Source: Escherichia coli
GTDB taxonomy: Bacteria; Pseudomonadota; Gammaproteobacteria; Enterobacterales; Enterobacteriaceae
Reading direction: 5' to 3' (one strand)
DNA length: 64,000 nt
Assembly (NCBI RefSeq): GCF_046105845.1
Contig: NZ_CP151004.1
Part shown: positions 56,151 to 64,000 of the stretch, piece after piece
Numbering within the stretch: the first letter of the stretch is position 1
Layout: each line of letters opens with the position of its first letter
Notes under the pieces: generated by a model
Seen by the model: only the letters and a program-made list of their open reading frames with translations
What the model was told of the DNA's origin: nothing
The model's database searches: none
Program-made: the position numbers and the translations under genes

Positions 56151-56711
56151 ATGAACAAGTTTTTATTTGCCGCTGCATTGATCGTCAGTGGCCTGCTCGT
56201 TGGCTGTAATCAACTCACCCAATACACCATCACCGAACAAGAAATTAACCAGTCGCTTGCGAAACATAATAATTTCTCAAAAGATATCGGTTTACCCGGC
56301 GTGGCTGACGCCCATATTGTTCTGACAAACCTGACCAGCCAAATTGGTCGCGAAGAGCCGAATAAGGTTACCCTAACCGGAGACGCCAATCTGGACATGA
56401 ACTCCCTGTTCGGTAGCCAGAAAGCGACCATGAAACTGAAGCTGAAAGCGCTGCCCGTGTTTGATAAAGAAAAAGGCGCGATCTTCCTGAAAGAGATGGA
56501 AGTGGTCGATGCGACGGTACAACCGGAAAAAATGCAAACGGTGATGCAAACGTTGCTTCCCTATTTGAACCAGGCATTACGCAATTACTTTAACCAGCAA
56601 CCTGCTTACGTCCTGCGCGAAGATGGCAGCCAGGGCGAAGCAATGGCGAAGAAACTGGCGAAAGGCATTGAAGTGAAGCCAGGCGAAATTGTCATTCCGT
56701 TTACTGATTAA
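56151..56711 (+). CDS. yceB: DUF1439 lipoprotein YceB
   Basis: ORF track over-extended (253 aa); recognised start MNKFLFAAALIVSGLLVGC (lipobox) at ATG 56151, 186 aa. Confidence 0.92.
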   Translation: MNKFLFAAALIVSGLLVGCNQLTQYTITEQEINQSLAKHNNFSKDIGLPGVADAHIVLTNLTSQIGREEPNKVTLTGDANLDMNSLFGSQKATMKLKLKALPVFDKEKGAIFLKEMEVVDATVQPEKMQTVMQTLLPYLNQALRNYFNQQPAYVLREDGSQGEAMAKKLAKGIEVKPGEIVIPFTD

Positions 56712-56715
56712 TCAC

Positions 56716-56742
56716 GAGGGCGCATTCGCGCCCTTTATTTTT
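56716..56742 (+). terminator. Intrinsic terminator after yceB
   Basis: Hairpin gagggcgcattcgcgccctt followed by T-run tattttt directly after yceB stop. Confidence 0.75.
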
Positions 56743-56750
56743 CGTGCAAA

Positions 56751-56765
56751 GGAAAACGTTTCCGC
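56751..56765 (+). promoter_or_regulatory. PurR operator (PUR box) in pyrC promoter
   Basis: Palindrome GGAAAACGTTTCCGC with the AAACGTTT core typical of PurR boxes, ~55 nt upstream of pyrC ATG. Confidence 0.65.
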
Positions 56766-56816
56766 TTATCCTTTGTGTCCGGCAAAAACATCCCTTCAGC
56801 CGGAGCATAGAGATTA

Positions 56817-57863
56817 ATGACTGCACCATCCCAGGTATTAAAGATCCGCCGCCCAGACGACTGGCACCTTCACCTCCGCGATGGCGACATGTTAAAAACT
56901 GTCGTGCCGTATACCAGCGAAATTTATGGACGGGCTATCGTAATGCCCAATCTGGCTCCGCCCGTGACCAGCGTTGGGGCCGCCGTGGCGTATCGCCAGC
57001 GTATTCTTGACGCCGTACCTGCCGGGCACGATTTCACCCCGCTGATGACCTGTTATTTGACAGATTCACTAGACCCTAATGAGCTGGAGCGCGGATTTAA
57101 CGAAGGCGTGTTCACCGCTGCAAAACTTTACCCGGCAAACGCAACTACTAACTCCAGTCACGGCGTGACGTCAGTTGACGCAATCATGCCGGTACTTGAG
57201 CGCATGGAAAAAATCGGTATGCCGTTACTGGTGCATGGTGAAGTGACACATGCAGATATCGACATTTTTGATCGTGAAGCGCGCTTTATAGAAAGCGTGA
57301 TGGAACCGCTGCGCCAGCGCCTGACCGCGCTGAAAGTCGTTTTTGAGCACATCACCACCAAAGACGCTGCCGACTATGTCCGTGACGGAAATGAACGGCT
57401 GGCTGCCACCATCACTCCGCAGCATCTGATGTTTAACCGCAACCATATGCTGGTTGGTGGCGTGCGTCCACACCTGTATTGTCTACCCATCCTCAAACGC
57501 AATATTCACCAACAGGCACTGCGTGAACTGGTCGCCAGCGGTTTTAATCGCGTATTCCTCGGTACGGATTCTGCGCCGCATGCACGTCATCGCAAAGAGA
57601 GCAGCTGCGGCTGCGCGGGCTGCTTCAACGCCCCAACCGCGCTGGGCAGTTACGCTACCGTCTTTGAAGAGATGAATGCTCTGCAGCACTTTGAAGCATT
57701 CTGTTCTGTAAACGGCCCGCAGTTCTATGGCTTGCCGGTCAACGACACATTCATCGAACTGGTCCGCGAAGAACAACAGGTTGCTGCAAGCATCGCACTG
57801 ACTGATGACACACTGGTGCCATTCCTCGCCGGGGAAACGGTACGCTGGTCCGTTAAACAATAA
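56817..57863 (+). CDS. pyrC: Dihydroorotase
   Basis: 348 aa, [27 protein letters not shown] (metal-binding HLH motif). Confidence 0.97.
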   Translation: MTAPSQVLKIRRPDDWHLHLRDGDMLKTVVPYTSEIYGRAIVMPNLAPPVTSVGAAVAYRQRILDAVPAGHDFTPLMTCYLTDSLDPNELERGFNEGVFTAAKLYPANATTNSSHGVTSVDAIMPVLERMEKIGMPLLVHGEVTHADIDIFDREARFIESVMEPLRQRLTALKVVFEHITTKDAADYVRDGNERLAATITPQHLMFNRNHMLVGGVRPHLYCLPILKRNIHQQALRELVASGFNRVFLGTDSAPHARHRKESSCGCAGCFNAPTALGSYATVFEEMNALQHFEAFCSVNGPQFYGLPVNDTFIELVREEQQVAASIALTDDTLVPFLAGETVRWSVKQ

Positions 57864-57898
57864 AAATCGTAGCTTCCTGTTGTCATTAGGTCATTTTA

Positions 57899-57918
57899 AC
57901 TGTATAAACAACCAGTAT
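57899..57918 (+). promoter_or_regulatory. LexA (SOS) box upstream of dinI
   Basis: ACTGTATAAACAACCAGTAT: CTGT-N8-CCAG close to LexA consensus CTGT-N8-ACAG, ~20 nt upstream of dinI ATG. Confidence 0.65.
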
Positions 57919-57936
57919 ATTCAACAGGGGGCTATT

Positions 57937-58182
57937 ATGCGAATTGAAGTCACCATAGCGAAAACTTCTCCATTGCCAGCTGGGGCTATTGACGCCCTGG
58001 CTGGCGAACTTTCCCGCCGTATTCAGTATGCGTTTCCTGATAATGAAGGCCACGTATCGGTACGTTATGCCGCAGCGAATAATTTATCGGTTATTGGCGC
58101 GACAAAAGAAGATAAACAGCGCATTAGCGAAATTCTCCAGGAAACGTGGGAAAGCGCCGATGACTGGTTTGTCAGCGAATAA
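57937..58182 (+). CDS. dinI: DNA damage-inducible protein I
   Basis: Recognised 81 aa MRIEVTIAKTSPLPAGAIDALAGELSRRIQYAF...; ORF track entry 57805..58182 is over-extended upstream. Confidence 0.95.
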   Translation: MRIEVTIAKTSPLPAGAIDALAGELSRRIQYAFPDNEGHVSVRYAAANNLSVIGATKEDKQRISEILQETWESADDWFVSE

Positions 58183-58203
58183 TATGCAGTGATTTTTGTT
58201 TTT

Positions 58204-58226
58204 GCCGGGTCGCCCCGGCTTTTTTA
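58204..58226 (+). terminator. Intrinsic terminator after dinI
   Basis: Hairpin gccgggtcgccccggc followed by tttttt. Confidence 0.8.
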
Positions 58227-58471
58227 TTTTACTTACGAATTTCGAGTACAAAATTTCTACACTTCCTCAAAATAATTGCACAATATGCTAAAAAAATATG
58301 AATGACATGCTGTTTTATTGTTCATATAAATCTTAAAAGCAAAAATTTATCTGTTCCCCCCTTTAAAAATTCGGTGAATACCCTTACTTATTGGTATACT
58401 GAAGTTGCTTCAGATAAAAACGCATTGAACCTCGAATAACGTTGTCTAGTAACACGAATTAGGGGGCCATG

Positions 58472-58726
58472 ATGGAAAAAAATAATGAAGTCATTCAGAC
58501 TCATCCGCTCGTAGGGTGGGACATCAGCACCGTTGATAGCTATGATGCGCTGATGTTGCGTTTGCACTACCAGACCCCAAATAAGTCCGAGCAGGAAGGG
58601 ACTGAAGTTGGTCAGACGCTCTGGTTAACCACTGATGTTGCCAGACAATTTATTTCGATATTAGAAGCAGGAATCGCCAAAATTGAATCCGGTGATTTCC
58701 CGGTAAACGAGTATCGGCGTCATTAA
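58472..58726 (+). CDS. bssS: Biofilm regulator BssS (YceP)
   Basis: MEKNNEVIQTHPLVGWDISTVDSYDALMLRLHYQ, 84 aa from second ATG (the ORF track starts one Met earlier at 58469). Confidence 0.93.
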   Translation: MEKNNEVIQTHPLVGWDISTVDSYDALMLRLHYQTPNKSEQEGTEVGQTLWLTTDVARQFISILEAGIAKIESGDFPVNEYRRH

Positions 58727-58840
58727 CATGACATGACCATCCACCCAAAAGGCACCTCACCGGTGCCTTTACCATTTCTGGGTTGTATATCTGCATTCAG
58801 TTAATTACTCTGCTTAAACCATGAGAGCAGAGAGAAAAAA

Positions 58841-59959
58841 ATGAAATACGATCTCATCATTATTGGCAGCGGTTCCGTAGGCGCTGCCGCCGGGTATTAT
58901 GCAACCCGTGCCGGTTTAAACGTGCTAATGACCGACGCCCATATGCCACCACATCAACACGGCAGCCACCACGGCGATACGCGATTAATTCGCCATGCTT
59001 ATGGTGAAGGCGAAAAGTATGTCCCGCTGGTTCTCCGCGCGCAAACGCTGTGGGATGAACTCTCCCGCCACAACGAAGAAGATCCCATTTTTGTACGCTC
59101 TGGCGTCATTAACCTTGGCCCGGCTGATTCCACATTTCTCGCCAACGTCGCCCACAGCGCCGAACAATGGCAACTCAACGTTGAAAAGCTCGATGCGCAA
59201 GGGATTATGGCCCGCTGGCCAGAAATACGCGTCCCGGACAACTACATCGGCTTATTTGAGACTGATTCCGGTTTTTTGCGCAGCGAACTGGCGATTAAAA
59301 CCTGGATCCAACTGGCGAAGGAAGCGGGCTGTGCGCAGCTGTTCAACTGCCCGGTCACCGCAATTCGTCATGACGATGATGGCGTAACTATTGAAACGGC
59401 TGACGGTGATTATCAGGCGAAAAAAGCGATTGTCTGCGCGGGAACATGGGTAAAAGACCTGCTCCCGGAGTTGCCTGTCCAGCCCGTACGCAAAGTATTT
59501 GCCTGGTATCAGGCCGATGGGCGCTATAGCGTGAAGAATAAATTCCCGGCGTTTACCGGTGAACTTCCCAATGGCGATCAATATTATGGTTTTCCGGCAG
59601 AAAACGACGCGTTGAAGATTGGCAAACATAACGGAGGCCAGGTTATCCATTCAGCGGATGAACGTGTTCCGTTTGCGGAAGTGGTCAGCGATGGTTCGGA
59701 AGCCTTCCCGTTCTTGCGCAATGTATTGCCGGGTATCGGTTGCTGCCTGTACGGCGCTGCCTGCACCTATGATAATTCGCCTGACGAAGATTTTATTATC
59801 GATACCCTACCCGGCCACGATAATACACTGCTCATTACCGGCCTGAGTGGGCACGGTTTTAAATTTGCGTCAGTTTTAGGGGAAATAGCTGCCGATTTTG
59901 CGCAAGACAAAAAAAGCGATTTTGATTTGACGCCATTCAGGCTTTCCCGCTTCCAATAA
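58841..59959 (+). CDS. solA: N-methyl-L-tryptophan oxidase
   Basis: 372 aa, [25 protein letters not shown] (FAD Rossmann GxGxxG). Confidence 0.96.
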
Positions 59960-59968
59960 TCATCATTA

Positions 59969-59993
59969 CGGCCTCCAGAATGAGGCCGTTTTT
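59969..59993 (+). terminator. Intrinsic terminator after solA
   Basis: Stem cggcctc / gaggccg with 6-nt loop followed by ttttt. Confidence 0.8.
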
Positions 59994-60006
59994 ACAGGAG
60001 TATTTA

Positions 60007-60120
60007 ATGCGTCGGCTGTTGCACTATCTCATCAATAATATTCGCGAGCATCTGATGCTTTATCTTTTTCTCTGGGGATTGTTGGCAATTATGGATCTGA
60101 TCTATGTGTTTTATTTTTAG
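60007..60120 (+). CDS. yceO: Small hydrophobic protein YceO
   Basis: ATG 60007 preceded by AGGAG Shine-Dalgarno (59996-60000); translates [37 protein letters not shown] (37 aa). An in-frame ATG at 59980 would give 46 aa but lies inside the solA terminator stem. Confidence 0.7.
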
Positions 60121-60381
60121 TTTTTCCACACTGACATAAACTGACAAATATTTAATCTCCCTTTCATTTAGCGTGAAAAATTGAATGAGATTATTCCTGC
60201 TTCAACAGCACTCACCAGACATCTCTGATGCTGAACCCACTAAACTTATGAAGATTCTTTCATTATTAATTCAAAATTATTGAAATAAAAATAAATATCA
60301 TTCAATTTGTTATTTTTGTGTTGCAATTCATTCTCCGACACGCCATTTTCTTTCTCTCGCAAATTCGTTTTGGATGCACTT

Positions 60382-60948
60382 ATGTCATTCACAAATACCC
60401 CTGAACGCTATGGTGTTATATCTGCGGCCTTCCATTGGCTAAGCGCAATTATTGTCTACGGCATGTTTGCTTTAGGTCTGTGGATGGTCACGCTCAGTTA
60501 TTACGATGGCTGGTATCACAAAGCACCCGAACTGCATAAAAGCATCGGTATTTTGTTAATGATGGGGCTGGTTATTCGCGTTCTGTGGCGCGTCATATCT
60601 CCACCGCCGGGTCCGCTGCAAAGTTATTCGCCCATGACTCGTCTTGGCGCAAAGGCTGGACATCTCGCATTGTACTTATTGCTGTTTGCCATCGGCATCA
60701 GCGGCTATCTGATCTCAACTGCCGATGGTAAACCGATCAGCGTTTTTGGCTGGTTTGACGTCCCCGCGACCCTCGCCGACGCTGGCGCACAGGCTGACTT
60801 TGCCGGTGCCCTGCATTTTTGGCTCGCGTGGAGCGTCGTAGTACTGTCCGTTATGCACGGATTTATGGCCCTGAAGCATCATTTCATCGATAAAGACGAC
60901 ACTCTGAAGCGCATGCTGGGAAAGTCGTCATCTGACTATGGAGTATAA
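60382..60948 (+). CDS. yceJ: Cytochrome b561 homolog YceJ
   Basis: ORF track over-extended; recognised start MSFTNTPERYGVISAAFHWLSAIIVYGMFALG (188 aa) at 60382; His-containing transmembrane helices. Confidence 0.93.
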   Translation: MSFTNTPERYGVISAAFHWLSAIIVYGMFALGLWMVTLSYYDGWYHKAPELHKSIGILLMMGLVIRVLWRVISPPPGPLQSYSPMTRLGAKAGHLALYLLLFAIGISGYLISTADGKPISVFGWFDVPATLADAGAQADFAGALHFWLAWSVVVLSVMHGFMALKHHFIDKDDTLKRMLGKSSSDYGV

Positions 60949-60951
60949 AAA

Positions 60952-61527
60952 ATGAAAAAAAGCCTGCTTGGTTTAACCTTCGCTTCCCTGATGTTCTCTG
61001 CCGGTTCAGCGGTTGCCGCCGATTACAAAATTGACAAAGAAGGTCAGCACGCCTTTGTTAACTTCCGCATACAGCACCTTGGCTATAGCTGGTTATACGG
61101 CACCTTTAAAGATTTCGACGGTACTTTTACCTTTGATGAAAAAAATCCGGCTGCCGATAAAGTGAATGTGACAATTAACACCACCAGCGTCGATACTAAT
61201 CACGCCGAACGCGATAAACATCTTCGCAGTGCAGATTTCCTCAATACTGCAAAATATCCACAGGCAACATTCACCTCCACCAGCGTGAAGAAAGACGGTG
61301 ACGACCTGGATATTACCGGCGATCTGACGCTGAATGGCGTAACCAAACCCGTCACGCTGGAAGCGAAATTAATTGGTCAAGGCGACGACCCGTGGGGTGG
61401 TAAACGTGCAGGCTTCGAGGCCGAAGGCAAAATTAAGCTCAAGGACTTCAATATCAAAACAGATTTAGGTCCAGCTTCTCAGGAAGTGGATCTGATTATT
61501 TCAGTGGAAGGCGTACAGCAGAAGTAA
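60952..61527 (+). CDS. yceI: Periplasmic polyisoprenoid-binding protein YceI
   Basis: 191 aa with signal peptide [22 protein letters not shown]. Confidence 0.95.
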   Translation: MKKSLLGLTFASLMFSAGSAVAADYKIDKEGQHAFVNFRIQHLGYSWLYGTFKDFDGTFTFDEKNPAADKVNVTINTTSVDTNHAERDKHLRSADFLNTAKYPQATFTSTSVKKDGDDLDITGDLTLNGVTKPVTLEAKLIGQGDDPWGGKRAGFEAEGKIKLKDFNIKTDLGPASQEVDLIISVEGVQQK

Positions 61528-61568
61528 GAGTGAAATGTTGCCGGATGGCACGCATCCGGCAATGATAT

Positions 61569-62621
61569 TTATTCTGTTGGATCAGGAATGCCCAGTGTTG
61601 TATTCAGACGTCCACGAGACTTATTAAAGATCTTATTGCCATTTTCACGTCCTGCCCGACGGCGTCGCTGTTCTTCTGGCGGTAACGCGCTTTCTTCGCA
61701 GCAAATCTCACTACAACAACCTTTGTATTTTTCCGCACATACTGGACACTGAATAAACAGCAGGTGGCAGCCATCATTTTTGCAGTTGGTATGGCTGTCG
61801 CACGACGCACCGCACTGGTGGCAATGCGCGATAATCTCATCAGAGATACGTTCGCCCATCCGCTCGTCAAAAACAAAATTTTTGCCAATAAAACGTACCG
61901 GTAAACCCTGCTCGCGCGCCTTGCGGGCGTATTCAATAATTCCACCCTCGATATGCCAGACTTTATTGAATCCGTTATGTTTCATCCAGGCACTGGCTTT
62001 TTCACAACGAATGCCACCGGTGCAGTACATGACGATTTTTTTATCTTTATGTGCCTGCATCATCTCAACTGCTTTTGGCAACTGCTCACGGAAGGTATCT
62101 GCCGGAATTTCCAGCGCGTTTTCAAAGTGCCCCACTTCATACTCATAGTGGTTACGCATGTCGATAAACAGTGCATCGGGATCGTCAAGCATGGCGTTCA
62201 CTTCCGCCGCTTGCAAATACTCACCCACATTACTGGCATCGAAGTGAGGATCATCAATACCGTCGGCAACAATGCGATCGCGTACCTTCATGCGCAGTAC
62301 CCAGAAGGATTTCCCGTCATCATCCAACGCGATATTCAGGCGTATGCCCTCTAAAGCCGGGTCGAAGGCATAGAGCTGCGCGCGAAATGTTTCAACATTG
62401 CTCGCAGGTACGCTGATTTGCGCGTTAATGCCCTCATGCGCCAGATACACTCGCCCAAAAACATTCAGCGCGGTAAACAGCTGATATAAAGCGTCACGGG
62501 TCGCCTTAGGATCGGCGATGTGGAAATACTTATAAAACGAAATGGTGGTTCGCGGTTCGCTCTCAGCCAACATTTTGGCTTTTAACGCGTCGTTGGAAAT
62601 GCGGTTGTGTAACACTGGCAT
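61569..62621 (-). CDS. trhO: tRNA uridine(34) hydroxylase TrhO (YceA), rhodanese-domain protein
   Basis: Recognised N-terminus [33 protein letters not shown] (350 aa) at 62621; rhodanese active-site [10 protein letters not shown]; Cys-rich C-terminus. Confidence 0.93.
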   Translation of the reverse strand: MPVLHNRISNDALKAKMLAESEPRTTISFYKYFHIADPKATRDALYQLFTALNVFGRVYLAHEGINAQISVPASNVETFRAQLYAFDPALEGIRLNIALDDDGKSFWVLRMKVRDRIVADGIDDPHFDASNVGEYLQAAEVNAMLDDPDALFIDMRNHYEYEVGHFENALEIPADTFREQLPKAVEMMQAHKDKKIVMYCTGGIRCEKASAWMKHNGFNKVWHIEGGIIEYARKAREQGLPVRFIGKNFVFDERMGERISDEIIAHCHQCGASCDSHTNCKNDGCHLLFIQCPVCAEKYKGCCSEICCEESALPPEEQRRRRAGRENGNKIFNKSRGRLNTTLGIPDPTE

Positions 62622-62845
62622 GGTGTACGGTTCCTGCGAGATGGGAAAGTAAAAATCCGCGGCATGATATAGCAATTATCGATAATTAACATCCACACAT
62701 TTTACGCTACATTTGCGCATTAAAAATTATTTGTTATTTACAAGCGCGGCAATTTCGCCCAGTCTTCAGTCACAAATTTTGGTTGCGGACGAAAAAATGC
62801 GACAATACATACAATTGCCCGTATAGGTTGAAAAACAGGATTGAT

Positions 62846-63766
62846 ATGACGAATCTACCCAAGTTCTCCACCGCACTACTTCATCCGCGTTATTGGTTAA
62901 CCTGGTTGGGTATTGGCGTACTTTGGTTAGTCGTGCAATTGCCCTACCCGGTTATCTACCGCCTCGGTTGTGGATTAGGAAAACTTGCGTTACGTTTTAT
63001 GAAACGACGCGCAAAAATTGTGCATCGCAACCTGGAACTGTGCTTCCCGGAAATGAGCGAACAAGAACGCCGTAAAATGGTGGTGAAGAATTTCGAATCC
63101 GTTGGCATGGGACTGATGGAAACTGGCATGGCGTGGTTCTGGCCGGACCGCAGAATCGCCCGATGGACGGAAGTGATCGGCATGGAACACATTCGTGACG
63201 TGCAGGCGCAAAAACGCGGCATCCTGTTAGTTGGCATCCATTTTCTGACCCTGGAGCTGGGTGCGCGGCAGTTTGGTATACAGGAGCCGGGCATTGGCGT
63301 TTACCGCCCGAACGATAATCCACTGATTGACTGGCTACAAACCTGGGGCCGTTTGCGCTCAAATAAATCGATGCTCGACCGCAAAGATTTAAAAGGCATG
63401 ATTAAAGCCCTGAAAAAAGGCGAAGTGGTCTGGTACGCACCGGATCATGATTACGGCCCGCGCTCAAGCGTTTTCGTCCCGTTGTTTGCCGTTGAGCAGG
63501 CTGCGACCACAACCGGAACCTGGATGCTGGCACGGATGTCCGGCGCATGTCTGGTGCCCTTCGTTCCACGCCGTAAGCCAGATGGCAAAGGGTATCAGTT
63601 GATTATGCTGCCGCCAGAGTGTTCTCCGCCGCTGGATGATGCCGAAACCACCGCCGCGTGGATGAACAAAGTGGTCGAAAAATGCATCATGATGGCACCA
63701 GAGCAGTATATGTGGTTACACCGTCGCTTTAAAACACGTCCGGAAGGCGTTCCTTCACGCTATTAA
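62846..63766 (+). CDS. lpxL: Lipid A biosynthesis lauroyltransferase LpxL (HtrB)
   Basis: Recognised N-terminus [28 protein letters not shown] (306 aa) at 62846; ORF track over-extended 21 codons. Confidence 0.95.
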   Translation: MTNLPKFSTALLHPRYWLTWLGIGVLWLVVQLPYPVIYRLGCGLGKLALRFMKRRAKIVHRNLELCFPEMSEQERRKMVVKNFESVGMGLMETGMAWFWPDRRIARWTEVIGMEHIRDVQAQKRGILLVGIHFLTLELGARQFGIQEPGIGVYRPNDNPLIDWLQTWGRLRSNKSMLDRKDLKGMIKALKKGEVVWYAPDHDYGPRSSVFVPLFAVEQAATTTGTWMLARMSGACLVPFVPRRKPDGKGYQLIMLPPECSPPLDDAETTAAWMNKVVEKCIMMAPEQYMWLHRRFKTRPEGVPSRY

Positions 63767-63787
63767 ATCTCCCAAGCCGGATGCTTC

Positions 63788-64000
63788 TGAACTGTACCCC
63801 AAATGTTGGACATAATCTGACATCTGAAGGTGCAGTTTATGAAACATTCATTTGAAGTAAAACTTGCCGCTGTAAATCATTACCTGGCTGGTCATGCAGG
63901 CATCATTTCTACGGCAAAACTCTTTCAACTTTCTCACACCAGCCTCTCACACTGGATTAATCTTTTTCTTCTTCACGGTCCTCGGGCACTGGATTGCAGA
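63788..64000 (+). mobile_element. Left end of an IS3-family (IS150-like) insertion sequence, truncated by window end
   Basis: Begins TGAACTGTACCCCAAATGTTGGAC (TG-initiated terminal repeat-like end) 22 bp after lpxL stop; contains start of a transposase OrfA-like ORF. Confidence 0.55.
63839..64000 (+). CDS. IS3-family transposase OrfA (helix-turn-helix), N-terminal fragment; continues beyond window
   Basis: ATG 63839 translates MKHSFEVKLAAVNHYLAGHAGIISTAKLFQLSHTSLSHWINLFLLHGPRAL..., which aligns by eye with IS150 OrfA (…FEKRLEVVNHY…RIISARFGV…TQVRTWVALYEKHGEKGL). Not the MdtG N-terminus expected here in K-12. Confidence 0.55.
   Translation, partial: MKHSFEVKLAAVNHYLAGHAGIISTAKLFQLSHTSLSHWINLFLLHGPRALDCR

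Overview
This 64 kb window reads as ordinary, well-characterised Escherichia coli-type core chromosome, not an accessory island, and I found no convincing novel system in it. It runs in reverse orientation relative to the K-12 map (roughly b1119 down to b1054) and is densely packed (about 65 protein genes). Gene order: nagK (5' part), lolE-lolD-lolC, ycfT, mfd, ldtC, bhsA, comR, ycfJ, ndh, the ycfP-nagZ-thiK-lpoB-ycfL-hinT cluster, fhuE, ptsG, ycfH-holB-tmk-mltG-pabC, the fatty-acid synthesis cluster fabF-acpP-fabG-fabD-fabH-plsX-rpmF-yceD, yceF, rluC, rne, flagellar region I (flgL to flgB, then divergent flgA-flgM-flgN), murJ, yceM-yceH-rimJ, mdtH, grxB, yceB, pyrC, dinI, bssS, solA, yceO, yceJ-yceI, trhO and lpxL. 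All identifications rest on recognising the translated ORFs against protein sequences I know from memory; no database search was run. Many ORF-track N-termini are over-extended, so I trimmed starts to the recognised protein N-termini, several of which are GTG or TTG. The one element that does not fit K-12 synteny is the last ~210 bp, which looks like the left end of an IS3-family (IS150-like) insertion sequence immediately downstream of lpxL. Other points worth a second look are small: a 9-codon upstream ORF coupled to ycfT, an ambiguous yceO start, and a candidate sRNA in the yceD-yceF gap. Regulatory sites listed (sigma-28 promoters, LexA, PurR, Mlc and Fur sites, terminators, REP palindromes) are motif matches read by eye.
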